Notes: generated from the sequence alone by a model not told the origin. Numbered from the stretch's first letter, positions 1 through 10,000 are shown. The stretch: DNA of 19,047 bases from a bacterium (GCA_046484135.1 JAWOBU010000266.1:1-19047), one strand, 5' to 3'. A program made the numbers and translations.

Positions 1-702
1 ATATCCCGGAGCCTGGAAAGCGCGGTTGATTACTTTGACTGGCTCGATTTAAAAACCGAGAGCGACTTCGCCGAAATCCGGGAGGCCTATGCCCGCATGA
101 AGGAGAAGATATCTTTGGAAGGCGCGCCGGAGTCCGTGAAAAAGGAGCTTTCGCAGTATCATTACAAGCTCGGGGCCATGCTGGACCACGCCGTTACCAT
201 TCTCACGGACCCGCAAAAAAGGTACGATTACGAGCAGGGACTTTTTGACAAGATGTTGCAGACACGCCAGCGCCCCAAAGACAAAGAAGAACTGGCCCGG
301 CAACAATGGCGCCGGGGAACATGGTACCTGTCGGTGGCCAACAAGCCGGAGCTTGCGCGTCGATGTTTTCAACAGGCCCTGGAGACAGACCAGAAAAAAG
401 CGAAGTACCCGGCTTACGTGGGATGGGCCTTGTATATCAAGAACGAGAGCGCCAAGGACAGGAACACCGCGCTCGAGTACATCGAGCACAGCTTGAAGAT
501 GAAGCCCAATTACGACCAGGCCCACTATTTCCTCGGTGTAATAAAAAAGAGGCAGGGAGAGCGCGAGGAGGCCCTTGAGCATTTTCGGAAAGCGCTGAAG
601 GCCAACCCGGAAAACACGGGGGCCGACCGCGAGTACCACCTCATGCGCTCGCGGGACAAGCAGGCCAGCATCTTCAAACGCCTTTTCGGAAAGCCCGGCT
701 GA
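1..702 (+). CDS. J-domain-like plus TPR-repeat protein, 5'-truncated by the window edge
   Basis: Frame 1 is open from base 1 (ISRSLESAVDYFDWLDLKTESDFAEIREAYARM...). DYF..L.....EIREAY...ILTDPQKRYDYE follows the J-domain helix pattern. The C-terminal half has TPR-like units (ARRCFQQALETDQ, ALEYIEHSLKMKPNYDQAHYFLGVI, ALEHFRKALKANP). Confidence 0.8.
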   Translation: MSRSLESAVDYFDWLDLKTESDFAEIREAYARMKEKISLEGAPESVKKELSQYHYKLGAMLDHAVTILTDPQKRYDYEQGLFDKMLQTRQRPKDKEELARQQWRRGTWYLSVANKPELARRCFQQALETDQKKAKYPAYVGWALYIKNESAKDRNTALEYIEHSLKMKPNYDQAHYFLGVIKKRQGEREEALEHFRKALKANPENTGADREYHLMRSRDKQASIFKRLFGKPG

Positions 703-2893
703 TATACGCAGCCCCCATTGCAATCAAAGAAGCCACTGCCGCCCATAACCCCAGCCGGAAAGCCACGGGCTCATAACTCATTATAACGGCCCTGCCGGTT
801 TGCAGTTCGGGGCCGGGAAGCTGTACTTTACGGAAGGCCGTCTTGCCGGTAGTGATGGGTATTTCTTTTTCGCCAAGCCGGGCCTTCCACCCGGGGGTGT
901 AGGTATCGGAAATCAGGATTTCGGGTGAGGCGCTGTTTTGCAGCACTTCTTCCGGCAATTGAATCCGGACCCGGCCGGGCGCAGGATAGGCCGCGTTCAG
1001 GGGAACTCGCCGGTTGCCGGTTTTCATCACCGTCCTTTCCCGGGCGTGAGAATTTTTATAGACGTAAAGGTCAGAGTCATGCCGAACGGGCTTGAGATCG
1101 AGTCGGCTCCGGAGTCGAGGGAGAGGGAACCGGGACAGCAGGATGCCTACGTTCATCCGGTCCAGTAAATCCCTGTTGGCGAGGTCCAGGTTGGCCGGGT
1201 CCCGTAAAGACCACGGGTCGTAATTCAGTAGGCCGTCCTGGTATTGGACCAGTTTCGGATACAGCATGTCGAGCCTTCTGGCCGCGTTCAAAAGCGGTAT
1301 GCGTACAGTGGTGTCTATGGTGTCCGCGTTGAGCCGCAGGCCAAGATGGAAAGGCAGGAGCACGTCATGCGGGCCCCGGGACGCGGCCACCAGGTACCTG
1401 GTCCGGCCGGCGGTGTTTTCGACAACGGATGCGACCCTTTGGTCCGGCTTCAGCTCCTCTGCCGCCGTCATGGGCATGTAGCCGAGCGCCAGGCCGTAAA
1501 CGTCCAGGACTATAATCACCGCGGCCGTAAGCAGGGGCCTGCGGAAGACCCGCCGGAGCCGGAAGCGTGGCGTAAGCGCGGCGATGCCCGGAACAGCAAG
1601 GGTCAGGGCAAACGCAACGCGCAAGGGCCAGCCCCTCGGAAACCAGTACAGTGACACCAGGCAGATTGCGGCATATATAATAAGAGCCACCGCGACTTTT
1701 CTTCCAAAAGGCAATAAGTCCTGGTTGCCTTTACGGTGCCGGTCTTTCAGGCCTTGCGCCCATTTGTCCAGGGCGTAAGTGGAGGCCATCAGAAAAAAGA
1801 TTATGACCACGGTCCACATCCGGAGAGGAATCATCAGCTTCCCCAGCACCGGCACCCACGAGGTTATGTGATTCAAAGGATAGGTGTGAAACAGGAGCAG
1901 ATATACGAATGCCACGGGAACGATCATGATTCTTTTTCTGGCGTAAGGCAGCTTCAGGCCGGCCACGGCGAAGAGGATAAGCAAAGGCGCGAGATAAAAC
2001 ACGTCCATTCCGTGGTTGGCCGGAAAGAACTGGGTGGGGGCATGGAAGAGAACGAGCGGGATCATAAGAAGCAGAAGCAGGGCGCTGTTGCCGGGCTTTA
2101 CGTACCCCTCGGCCCGGATGGAGCTTTCGAGGAGCTCGAGGGCGGGCAGGGCCATCGGGCTTGCGATTATGCCCGCGGTAACCAGCGACCCGGCCAGCGC
2201 AACCAGGGAAGTCCTGCTGATGGTTCCTTCCCGGAATCTTAGTATCAGCTCGAAGATAAGACCGATAAAGGCATACACCGTGGTCTCGAGGTCGCCTCCC
2301 GCCACCATGAGCGCCAGGCAGAGTGAAGCCGCCAGGTAAACGGAAAAACGCGGCCTTCGGAGCAGGGAGAAACACGCCAGATACCAGGCGGGAATCCAGG
2401 CGCAGGTGTGGAGGGTATGAGGCACGTTGATGCTGTGGAAAAGAAAGCCGGAAAAGGCGAAGACCATACCGGCGATAAAAGCTGATGTCCGGCTCCGGCC
2501 CAGGAAAAGCAACAGCAGTACGGTGGAGGCGCCTGCCAGGCCAAGATGTATGAAGATATCAAAGGCCATGGTCCGGTGGTAGGCCTCGAAAACCAGGTTT
2601 AAAACCACCCAGGGCGGATACAAGGAAGAGGTGTGGGAAAAGGCCAGAAAGGGCATGCCGCACATGTCATGCGGGTCCCAAAGGGGAAAGACGCCCGAGG
2701 AGTAACAGTCCTTTAAGAAGGAAGCAAACGGAATCCACTGGTGGCCGATGTCATTAAAGCGGGGCGAATCCACAATGGTTTGGCCCAGGAGGGCGGGCAG
2801 GAAAGAAAAAAAGGCGCAGGCGAAAACCACGCCCGCCAAGGGCAACAGCGCCCGGCGAAAGAGATTGCCGGGCCCTTCTTCCGGGTTCAACAT
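674..2893 (-). CDS. YfhO-family polytopic membrane protein (putative GT-C glycosyltransferase)
   Basis: 739 aa with many hydrophobic helices. N-terminal D..HQW.P...G.FPLWDP..MCGMPF.....SLYPP and C-terminal SDTYTPGWKA...F..V.LP...YEP..FRLG motifs are typical of YfhO-like proteins. The 3' end overlaps the convergent TPR gene by 29 bp. Confidence 0.8.
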   Translation of the reverse strand: MLNPEEGPGNLFRRALLPLAGVVFACAFFSFLPALLGQTIVDSPRFNDIGHQWIPFASFLKDCYSSGVFPLWDPHDMCGMPFLAFSHTSSLYPPWVVLNLVFEAYHRTMAFDIFIHLGLAGASTVLLLLFLGRSRTSAFIAGMVFAFSGFLFHSINVPHTLHTCAWIPAWYLACFSLLRRPRFSVYLAASLCLALMVAGGDLETTVYAFIGLIFELILRFREGTISRTSLVALAGSLVTAGIIASPMALPALELLESSIRAEGYVKPGNSALLLLLMIPLVLFHAPTQFFPANHGMDVFYLAPLLILFAVAGLKLPYARKRIMIVPVAFVYLLLFHTYPLNHITSWVPVLGKLMIPLRMWTVVIIFFLMASTYALDKWAQGLKDRHRKGNQDLLPFGRKVAVALIIYAAICLVSLYWFPRGWPLRVAFALTLAVPGIAALTPRFRLRRVFRRPLLTAAVIIVLDVYGLALGYMPMTAAEELKPDQRVASVVENTAGRTRYLVAASRGPHDVLLPFHLGLRLNADTIDTTVRIPLLNAARRLDMLYPKLVQYQDGLLNYDPWSLRDPANLDLANRDLLDRMNVGILLSRFPLPRLRSRLDLKPVRHDSDLYVYKNSHARERTVMKTGNRRVPLNAAYPAPGRVRIQLPEEVLQNSASPEILISDTYTPGWKARLGEKEIPITTGKTAFRKVQLPGPELQTGRAVIMSYEPVAFRLGLWAAVASLIAMGAAYISRAFRKGV

Positions 2894-2906
2894 GTTCTCA
2901 CCGGAG

Positions 2907-3455
2907 TTACCATTTCATCTCGAACACGGTGTTTGGGTCCCCTTCCCACGTCTTTTTAATGATGTCTACTTTCGCTTCGCCCGGCGCGCAGAGCTCAGCG
3001 GTCCTCTCCAGCATTCCGCCCATCTGGTAGGCGTAAGCCTTGTCCTCTTCTTCTCCGAAGCTTGCCTTGAGAACAATGTGTAAAGTGTTTTCGTCCGCCT
3101 TTTCCACCTCGATGAGGGCAAAATTGGCCAGGCTGCGCTGGATCATGGCGAACTTGCGCATGGACTCTGCAGGGTCATCGCTGACGAGGTTCTTGTATAC
3201 CCTGGTGAGCCCGTCCAGGCTCATGCGGCCCCAGTTCCAGGCCGCGTTAACGTCCCCGCCTGCCAAGAGCTTGAACACGGCAAGCCCCATCCTGGCGTAC
3301 GATTCCAAAGGGTACCAGGAGCTGGGCAGTATCATCTCGTTCACCAGCTTCCAATCATCCTCTGTCAGGTACTTGTCCCAGTCCAGGCTTCTGTTGTTCT
3401 TTATCATGCGGACGTACTCGGAAAAGACCGTTCCCTTAATCTTTTTCTCTTCCAT
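2907..3455 (-). CDS. DUF2378/TIGR02265-like (V4R/H-NOX-related fold) small soluble protein
   Basis: Start moved to ATG at 3455, which follows a strong SD (GGAGGAGGAG). Motifs [22 protein letters not shown] and a C-terminal [11 protein letters not shown] resemble the myxobacterial DUF2378 family. Family assigned by motif recognition only. Confidence 0.6.
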   Translation of the reverse strand: MEEKKIKGTVFSEYVRMIKNNRSLDWDKYLTEDDWKLVNEMILPSSWYPLESYARMGLAVFKLLAGGDVNAAWNWGRMSLDGLTRVYKNLVSDDPAESMRKFAMIQRSLANFALIEVEKADENTLHIVLKASFGEEEDKAYAYQMGGMLERTAELCAPGEAKVDIIKKTWEGDPNTVFEMKW

Positions 3456-6189
3456 TTTCTCCTCCTCCGGAAAAAACATGGTTCTGGAGGGTAAACTGGG
3501 CCAGGGTCTTGCGCAGGGACTCGGAAAGCTCGCGGAGCTTCTCCACGGTGCCGGCCATTTCCTCGGAGCGGCCCTGGTTGTTTACCGCCGCCTGCTTTAT
3601 CCGCTGGACCTCGTTTCTGGCCTGCTCCGTGCTCTTTAGCTGGTCGGTCTGGGACTGGTTGATATAGTTTATGATCTCGGCGATATGCTCGATGGACTGG
3701 GTAACCTGCCTGCTCCCCTGGAGCTGCTCCTGGGTGGCCCTTTTTACCTGGGTGGTTATGTCCTCCATGTTGGACGCAGAGGACGTGATCATGTCTCCGG
3801 TCTTGGTCTGCTCCTGGGTGGCCTGGGCCACCTGTGATATGAGGGAGTTGACGCTGTCCATGAAGTTCATGACCTTTTCGGAACGCTGGGTCTGGTCCGC
3901 GGCAGCGTCGGCCATGGACCGGCTCTGCGTCAGCGCCTTGTTCACGCTCTCGCGTATCTGGCTTAAAGCCTCCCCCGCCTCTTTGGAAAGCTCTACCCCC
4001 CTGGTTACCGACTCCTGTCCGTCCCGGACCCTCTCCACCGCCTTTTGAGAGTCCTCCTGTACCGAGGTGATCAGCTCGGCGATCTCGCGGGTGCTGGCCG
4101 CGGTCCTCTCCGCCAGGTCCTTTATCTCGTCCGCAACCACGGCAAAACCCCTTCCCTCCTCGCCGGCCTGGGCTGCGATAATGGCGGCGTTCAAGGCCAG
4201 GAGGTTGGTCTCCTCGGTTACGTCCTCGATTACGGTCAGGACGTTGCCGATCTCCCGGGCGCGACTGCCCAGGCGGGTTATGACCTCGGAGACCCCCTGG
4301 GAGGTCTTCTGAATCTTGTCTATGCCCTCCATGGTCAGGGACACGGAACGCGCTCCCTGCTCCGCGTCGTTGCTGACCTTTTCGGACACGGAGGTGGTCT
4401 CGCGCGAGCCCTGGCTTACCTGCTGGTTGAACTTTTCCATCTCCTGGAGGGCGGACATGGCCTCGTTGGACTGGCGGGAAAGATACTGGACGTTCTCCGC
4501 GACCTCCTTGATGGAAGAGTTCATCTGTTGGATGGAGGAGCTGGTGTCCAGTACCGATCCGGTCAGGGTGTTCACGTTATTGGAGACCTCCTCGATGGTG
4601 GCCTGGACCTCGACGATGGATGAGGACGACTCCTCCGCGGAAGAGGCCAGGGTCTGGACGGAGTCGGCGATGGACTGGACCGAGCTTTTCATCTGGTCCA
4701 TGGAAGCCGAGGTTTCGTCCACTGACTCCACCTGGGTCTTGGTGCCCTCGGAAACGGCGTCGGACTGGTTCTTGATGGACTCGGCGGCAGAGTCCAGGTC
4801 GCGGGTGGCCCGGTTCACCTGCCCGATCAGGTCTCGGAGCCCGAAGATGGCCCTTGCCAGGGCCCTTGACACCACCCCGATCTCGTCCCTCGAGGTCACG
4901 GTAATGTCCCGGGAGAGGTCTCCATAGGCCATGGCCCGCAACGAATGCATGAGCGAGCTCAACGGGTCGCGGATTTCTTCCGAGGCCAGCTTGCCGAAGT
5001 ACAGGGTAACCAGGAAAATGACGATGATGACACCCAACACCAAGCGATACATGGCCAAGAGCGGACCGCTCCACCTGGAGCCGGGGACCAGCACCAATAG
5101 GTCCGAGCTCTGGAAAGGATGATGAATCACCGTGTACTCGGAGCCGAAAAAAGCCCCCTCCCTAAGTACCGCGGTGTAAACGCCGGCGCCCAGGGTTCGG
5201 ATGCTGGGCCGGCTCCAGGACAAAGTCCAGCCGTGTCCTTCTTGGAGAGTATGAAAAAGCTCCCGGTACCGGGGGGGAATCTCTTCTTTCAACACGCTCT
5301 CGCCCTCTTCGTTAAAAAGCAGGATGCGGGAGGCGTCCTCCTTTCTCCCGCCGGTGCGGTCGAGTTTTATCTTTTGCAGTCTCTCTTGCATCTTTTCCGG
5401 GTCAGTCCGGGTCAGGGCCTCTCTCTTGTCCCCCAGCTTTTCCTTTATCCGGTTCTGATACTCTTTCCCTATCAGGAGCTGGAATCCCTGGTTGGCCGAG
5501 CTGAACCCGGCCACCGCGGTGAGGATGACCGATACCATGGCCAGGCTTACCAGCGCCCCCTGGAACTTGGTTTTCAATCCCACCTCGAAGATGGAGTACT
5601 TGCGGCTTTCCGCCTCGTCTTCCAGCAAAAGCTCGGGGTGTTCCTCCAAAAGCTCCTTCTGGAACCCCGTGAGGACCTTCCGGGTGGTGTAAAACTGAAA
5701 CACCGAGATCAAGGTGCCGGTGGCAAAGACGCCGATGTAAAGAACGAAGAGTTGCCGGAGCGAGAACACGTAACAGCCGTTCAGGGCGGCCATGGCGAAC
5801 AAGGTCCCGATGGCATAAAAGAGCACCGACCAGGCCGCGCTCCGGTAGGGGAGGACCTCGCTGGCGAGCAGTGCGTTACGGGCCTGTTCTCTGCTGTTTT
5901 GCCCGTCCCGGTTCCGGATGTACTCCTGGGCGGGCACTATGATCCTTATGACGATGAAGTAATGGACGAACACAAAGCCCGCGCTGATGACGCCCAGCAG
6001 AGCGAAGTTGTACACGATGTACATGGGGTCACGCAAGAAATCGGGGACCAGGTTTCTAAGGTCAATGCCGGTAATGGCCCCTATAAAGATGAGCAGGATG
6101 GGCATTCCCACCAGGTTGGTGAGGGTGATGGCCCATCGAAGGCTTGCGCGCAGGCTCTTTGCTTTATCTTCCCGGTCCCCGGCGGGCAT
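3436..6189 (-). CDS. Methyl-accepting chemotaxis protein (about 6 TM helices, HAMP, extended signalling domain)
   Basis: Signalling hairpin [47 protein letters not shown] domain [44 protein letters not shown] upstream of the ATG. Confidence 0.95.
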   Translation of the reverse strand: MPAGDREDKAKSLRASLRWAITLTNLVGMPILLIFIGAITGIDLRNLVPDFLRDPMYIVYNFALLGVISAGFVFVHYFIVIRIIVPAQEYIRNRDGQNSREQARNALLASEVLPYRSAAWSVLFYAIGTLFAMAALNGCYVFSLRQLFVLYIGVFATGTLISVFQFYTTRKVLTGFQKELLEEHPELLLEDEAESRKYSIFEVGLKTKFQGALVSLAMVSVILTAVAGFSSANQGFQLLIGKEYQNRIKEKLGDKREALTRTDPEKMQERLQKIKLDRTGGRKEDASRILLFNEEGESVLKEEIPPRYRELFHTLQEGHGWTLSWSRPSIRTLGAGVYTAVLREGAFFGSEYTVIHHPFQSSDLLVLVPGSRWSGPLLAMYRLVLGVIIVIFLVTLYFGKLASEEIRDPLSSLMHSLRAMAYGDLSRDITVTSRDEIGVVSRALARAIFGLRDLIGQVNRATRDLDSAAESIKNQSDAVSEGTKTQVESVDETSASMDQMKSSVQSIADSVQTLASSAEESSSSIVEVQATIEEVSNNVNTLTGSVLDTSSSIQQMNSSIKEVAENVQYLSRQSNEAMSALQEMEKFNQQVSQGSRETTSVSEKVSNDAEQGARSVSLTMEGIDKIQKTSQGVSEVITRLGSRAREIGNVLTVIEDVTEETNLLALNAAIIAAQAGEEGRGFAVVADEIKDLAERTAASTREIAELITSVQEDSQKAVERVRDGQESVTRGVELSKEAGEALSQIRESVNKALTQSRSMADAAADQTQRSEKVMNFMDSVNSLISQVAQATQEQTKTGDMITSSASNMEDITTQVKRATQEQLQGSRQVTQSIEHIAEIINYINQSQTDQLKSTEQARNEVQRIKQAAVNNQGRSEEMAGTVEKLRELSESLRKTLAQFTLQNHVFSGGGENGREKD

Positions 6190-6205
6190 GTCGATCTCCC
6201 TTGTG

Positions 6206-6622
6206 TCAGGACTGGTTGAGAATCCAGAGCAGCACAGCCGCGGAGATGAGGGCTTCGCAGGCCACGGCCCCGCATGCCGCGGGAATCATGAGCTTTCTTT
6301 TTTCTCCGAACAAAAACCCCAAGACGGCGCCGGCCACGATGCCGAAGATAATGGCCAGTAGCACCGGCACGGTCCCCACTAACAGCCAGTCGTAAGGGTT
6401 GGGATACAGCGTCTTCACCGGCTCGAGCACCACCAGCTCGACCAGGTAAGCCAGGGTCATCAGTATGACCCCGAAGTAATTGGCGGACTGCCAGCGAGGA
6501 GGGATGTGGAAGTCCTCCAGGAAATTGGACACGATGGCAAACACGGTCCAGCACATCATGAGCGTTACCAGGATGGTGTTCAAATCAAACAGGCCCGGGG
6601 TCAGCCACTCGGTTATCTTCAT
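6206..6622 (-). CDS. Hypothetical small integral membrane protein (about 4 TM)
   Basis: 138 aa with four hydrophobic segments. Fits exactly between lipB (2-bp gap) and the MCP (16-bp gap). GGGAG lies upstream. Confidence 0.75.
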   Translation of the reverse strand: MKITEWLTPGLFDLNTILVTLMMCWTVFAIVSNFLEDFHIPPRWQSANYFGVILMTLAYLVELVVLEPVKTLYPNPYDWLLVGTVPVLLAIIFGIVAGAVLGFLFGEKRKLMIPAACGAVACEALISAAVLLWILNQS

Positions 6623-6624
6623 TT

Positions 6625-7353
6625 TTACTTCTCCCTTGTTACGCCGTCTTCATTGGAACCGGCCGGCACCAGTTTTATCTTGAGCGCTTCCTGCAAAGAC
6701 CGGTAAAGCAGGAGTGCCATCTCGCCCCGGGAAGGAGCTGCCCGGTGGCGGGCCACCGACGTTACCGGCTTGTGGGGAATTCCGCACGGCACTATGTACT
6801 CGAAAGCCGACAGGTCGGGGTCCAGGTTTACGGCCAGTCCGTGGGAAGTTATCCGGTCCTCGACCCGGACCCCCACTGCGGCTATCTTGGCGCCCCCCAC
6901 CCACACTCCAGGGTACGACGGGTCGAGCTCCGCGGGCAAGTCGAGCTCCCGGAGCGCACAGAGCACCGCCTCCTGGAGCTTCCCCATGTACCGCTTTACG
7001 GAAAGCTTGAGCCTTTTCAAGTCCAGCACCAGGTAACAAACGAGCTGACCGGGCCCATGATACGTTGCTTTGCCTCCCCTGTCTACCTGTACCACCCGGA
7101 GGCCCCGGCTCTCCAGGCCCTCGAAGCCGTTTTTTATCCAGGACCTTCCCTCGTCCCCCTTCAGGGAGTAGCCGAGCGTTATGGTCGGAGGATGCTCGAC
7201 CAGAAACACCCGGCCTCTGCCGCCCTGGCGGACCTCTTTCTTGGCCTCCTCCTGGAGACGCAGGTAAGACTCGTAGTCCGTCCGGCCCAGGTCCTCTATC
7301 AGAGCTTCGTCCAGAAAGTACATGCCGGGTTTTGTGTTCTGGTTCGTTTCCAT
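6625..7353 (-). CDS. lipB: Lipoyl(octanoyl) transferase LipB
   Basis: LVEHPPTITLG, DRGGKATYHGPGQLVCY, PGVWV..AKIAAVG, TSHGLAVN and catalytic IVPCGI motifs. Confidence 0.95.
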   Translation of the reverse strand: METNQNTKPGMYFLDEALIEDLGRTDYESYLRLQEEAKKEVRQGGRGRVFLVEHPPTITLGYSLKGDEGRSWIKNGFEGLESRGLRVVQVDRGGKATYHGPGQLVCYLVLDLKRLKLSVKRYMGKLQEAVLCALRELDLPAELDPSYPGVWVGGAKIAAVGVRVEDRITSHGLAVNLDPDLSAFEYIVPCGIPHKPVTSVARHRAAPSRGEMALLLYRSLQEALKIKLVPAGSNEDGVTREK

Positions 7354-7357
7354 GGTC

Positions 7358-10000
7358 CTACATGGTCCGGGCGAAATCCCTTGGCTTTATCTGCCTTTCC
7401 GCCAGTATGACCGGCAGCTCGATCACGATCTTGGTTCCGGCGGGCTCGTTGTCCATGACCCTTATGTAGCCGTAATGGTCGGATATGATGCGCTGGACAA
7501 TGGTGAGACCCAGGCCGGAGCCTTCCTCCTTGGTGGAGTAATAGGGATCGAACAGCCGGTCTTTCAAGTGGGCGGGTATTCCGCAGCCGGTGTCGCGGAT
7601 TTCGATCCTTACCACCTGGATCTGCTGGTTGTAGGCGGTCTCGATCGCTATCTCGCCTCCGTCATTGATGCTCGAGACAGCATTGTCCAGAAGGTTTATA
7701 AACACCCGCTTCATCTGCTCCCGGTCCAGCTCGAGCTCGGGCAGCTTTTCGTCCAGGACAAGGCGAAATCCTATGGAAGGATGAGAATCCCGGTATAAAG
7801 GAAGGACCTCCTTTATGATCTCGTGCAGGTTCTCGGGCACCGGCCTGGTGGAGGGAAGCCGGGCAAACAGGGAAAACTCGTTGACCAGCTTTTTCAGCTC
7901 GTCGGTCTGGGCGATGATGGTGTTTACGCTTTCGGAGAACACCCTGGCCTCCTCCTGGTCCTCCATGTCCGAGAAACGCCTCTCCAGCCGCTGGGCGGAC
8001 AGCTTGATGGGAGTGAGCGGGTTCTTGATCTCGTGGGCTATCCTTCTTGCGACCTCCCTCCAGGCCATGGCCCGGTGGGCCCGGATAAGCTCGGTCATGT
8101 CGTCGGCCACCAGCACGATCCCCAGGTTCCTGCCGCCGGCATCCCGGAGCCGGGACAAGGTTATCAGCACCACGTATGATCGGTCCTCCCTGACCATGGT
8201 CACCTGGCGCTGCACTATCTCTCCGCCCGTGTTCGCGAGCTCCTCCACCAGCGAGTCGAGTATCTGCTTCTCCTCCGGCTTTAACACCTCGGAGATAGGC
8301 TTGCCGGGCGTAAGGTCCTTGCCCTCCGTGCCCAGCATCTGCCGGGCCGGCGGGTTCACCGTGGACAGCCGGTTGTCCGGGTCAATGGACATGACCCCCG
8401 CGCCGATGTGGGCCAGCACCGTCTCCATGTACCTCCTTCTCTGCTCCAGCTCTTCGTTTATCTCCCGGAGCCTCTTGTAGGCCTGGTCCCGCTCGTTCCT
8501 GCTTTTCTGAAGGTCGTCGGTCATTTTGTTAAAGGACTGAAGAACCCGGGACATCTCGTCGTCCCCCACCTTGCCCACGTCAATGCGGTAGTCCAGGTTG
8601 CCGGAAGCTACCTTGGCCGTGCCCTCGGAAAGAAGCTGGATGGGCTCGGTTATTCCCTTGGCCATGTAAAACCCGAACCATACCGCCAGAAAGATGACGA
8701 TCAGGGTCACAAAAACCAGGAGCAGGAAGTAAGAGGACTTGATGGGAAGCTCCATCTTCTGGAGGGTGGTGTAGTCCCGGATGACAGCTTCAGCCTTGTC
8801 CCCCACCATCAGCTTGTCCCATACCTTCTGCTCCACCCACGGAATCACCTTGCCCACCACTACCGCGCCCACGATCTCCGTTTTCTCTCCGGAACGGCGA
8901 GGGACAGGATAAAAAGAGTAAATGACGGCGCGGTCCTCGGTGATGGAAACCGGAGGATTGTACCCCTTCTCCCCGGACAGGGCCTTGTTGATGTTGGAGG
9001 AAGAAAACCCGGGAAGATCGAGGTCCCCCGTTTTGGACAAGGCCAGCCGCTTGCCTTCCTTGCCGTAAATACCGAGCATCTCCAGGTTGTACTCGAGCCG
9101 CTTGTCCTTAATATAGCCTTTAAGCTGATCACGGAGAGAAGGCAATTGGCAAAGAGCTGTGTCGCCCTCTTTCGTCTCCACCTCTTCCGGGGAGAATTCT
9201 TCCTTTTCCGGAGGCTTTCCCGTTCCCGGCTTTTCCACCGGGGCTTTCTCTTCTCCGTTGTCTTTTGGAACCTCGCCGGCGCTGTCTCCCTCCGCGGGAG
9301 CGGGCTCGGCGGTTCCGCCGGGGAGGGTGCCATCTACTTTGTCTTCCTCTGCGCCTTTTTGCCGCTTCTGTTTCCTTTTCTGTTTTTCCTTTCTCTCTTC
9401 GCCGGTCAGTACTTTTATCCATTCTCTTTCCAGCAGTGCGCGGGAGAGCTCCTTGCCAAAGTGAAGCCCCTGCTCGCCCTCGGCGTTGTACTTTTCCTCC
9501 AGCACCTGGTTGGTTATCTCGCTGGTCTTGTCCGCGGAGGATATGGCTGACTTGGACATCTTTACCACGTTCAACACGTGGGGCTCGTAAAGGTGCTCGA
9601 TGGAGGTGTTCAGGATGAAGGTGGACAGAATGAAAAGCACGGTGGCCGGTCCCAGGGTCAGCATCATGAAGGCCATGACAAGCCGCATTCTTATCTTGGA
9701 ACCGAGCACTCCCCTTCTTCTTTCAAAGAAGAACTTGACCACGTTTCTAACGATAAGAAAGATGAGAATAAGGGTCAGCACCAGAAGGAGGGCCCACACC
9801 GCAAAGGTGAAAAAGTGAATGACAAAGGGCTCCATCAAGGTGCTTTCCTGGGCCAGCTTGGAGAAGTGATAGGCCAGGTAAACCAGCCCCCCCACTAAAA
9901 GAGCGGTGACCAGGATGGCGATCCTCTCCCGCCGGCGTCTTCTGTAGTCCTTGCGCTCGGCTTCGAGGATTTGTTCTTGTCTGCTGGGCTCCCGGGTCAT
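7358..10000 (-). CDS. NtrY-like membrane sensor histidine kinase (TM, periplasmic domain, HAMP, PAS, HisKA, HATPase)
   Basis: H-box AWREVARRIAHEIKNPLTPIKLSAQRL, N-box FINLLDNA, G1 DTGCGI, F/G2 LFDPYYSTKEEGSGLGL. The N-terminal ERRRGVLGSKIRMRLV is characteristic of NtrY-type kinases. Confidence 0.92.
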   Translation of the reverse strand: MTREPSRQEQILEAERKDYRRRRRERIAILVTALLVGGLVYLAYHFSKLAQESTLMEPFVIHFFTFAVWALLLVLTLILIFLIVRNVVKFFFERRRGVLGSKIRMRLVMAFMMLTLGPATVLFILSTFILNTSIEHLYEPHVLNVVKMSKSAISSADKTSEITNQVLEEKYNAEGEQGLHFGKELSRALLEREWIKVLTGEERKEKQKRKQKRQKGAEEDKVDGTLPGGTAEPAPAEGDSAGEVPKDNGEEKAPVEKPGTGKPPEKEEFSPEEVETKEGDTALCQLPSLRDQLKGYIKDKRLEYNLEMLGIYGKEGKRLALSKTGDLDLPGFSSSNINKALSGEKGYNPPVSITEDRAVIYSFYPVPRRSGEKTEIVGAVVVGKVIPWVEQKVWDKLMVGDKAEAVIRDYTTLQKMELPIKSSYFLLLVFVTLIVIFLAVWFGFYMAKGITEPIQLLSEGTAKVASGNLDYRIDVGKVGDDEMSRVLQSFNKMTDDLQKSRNERDQAYKRLREINEELEQRRRYMETVLAHIGAGVMSIDPDNRLSTVNPPARQMLGTEGKDLTPGKPISEVLKPEEKQILDSLVEELANTGGEIVQRQVTMVREDRSYVVLITLSRLRDAGGRNLGIVLVADDMTELIRAHRAMAWREVARRIAHEIKNPLTPIKLSAQRLERRFSDMEDQEEARVFSESVNTIIAQTDELKKLVNEFSLFARLPSTRPVPENLHEIIKEVLPLYRDSHPSIGFRLVLDEKLPELELDREQMKRVFINLLDNAVSSINDGGEIAIETAYNQQIQVVRIEIRDTGCGIPAHLKDRLFDPYYSTKEEGSGLGLTIVQRIISDHYGYIRVMDNEPAGTKIVIELPVILAERQIKPRDFARTM

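Noticed and set aside
4045..9550. Long antisense ORFs such as 5119-6219 and 8408-9550 (+)
   Set aside because: These are shadow frames opposite well-supported genes, as expected in GC-rich DNA.
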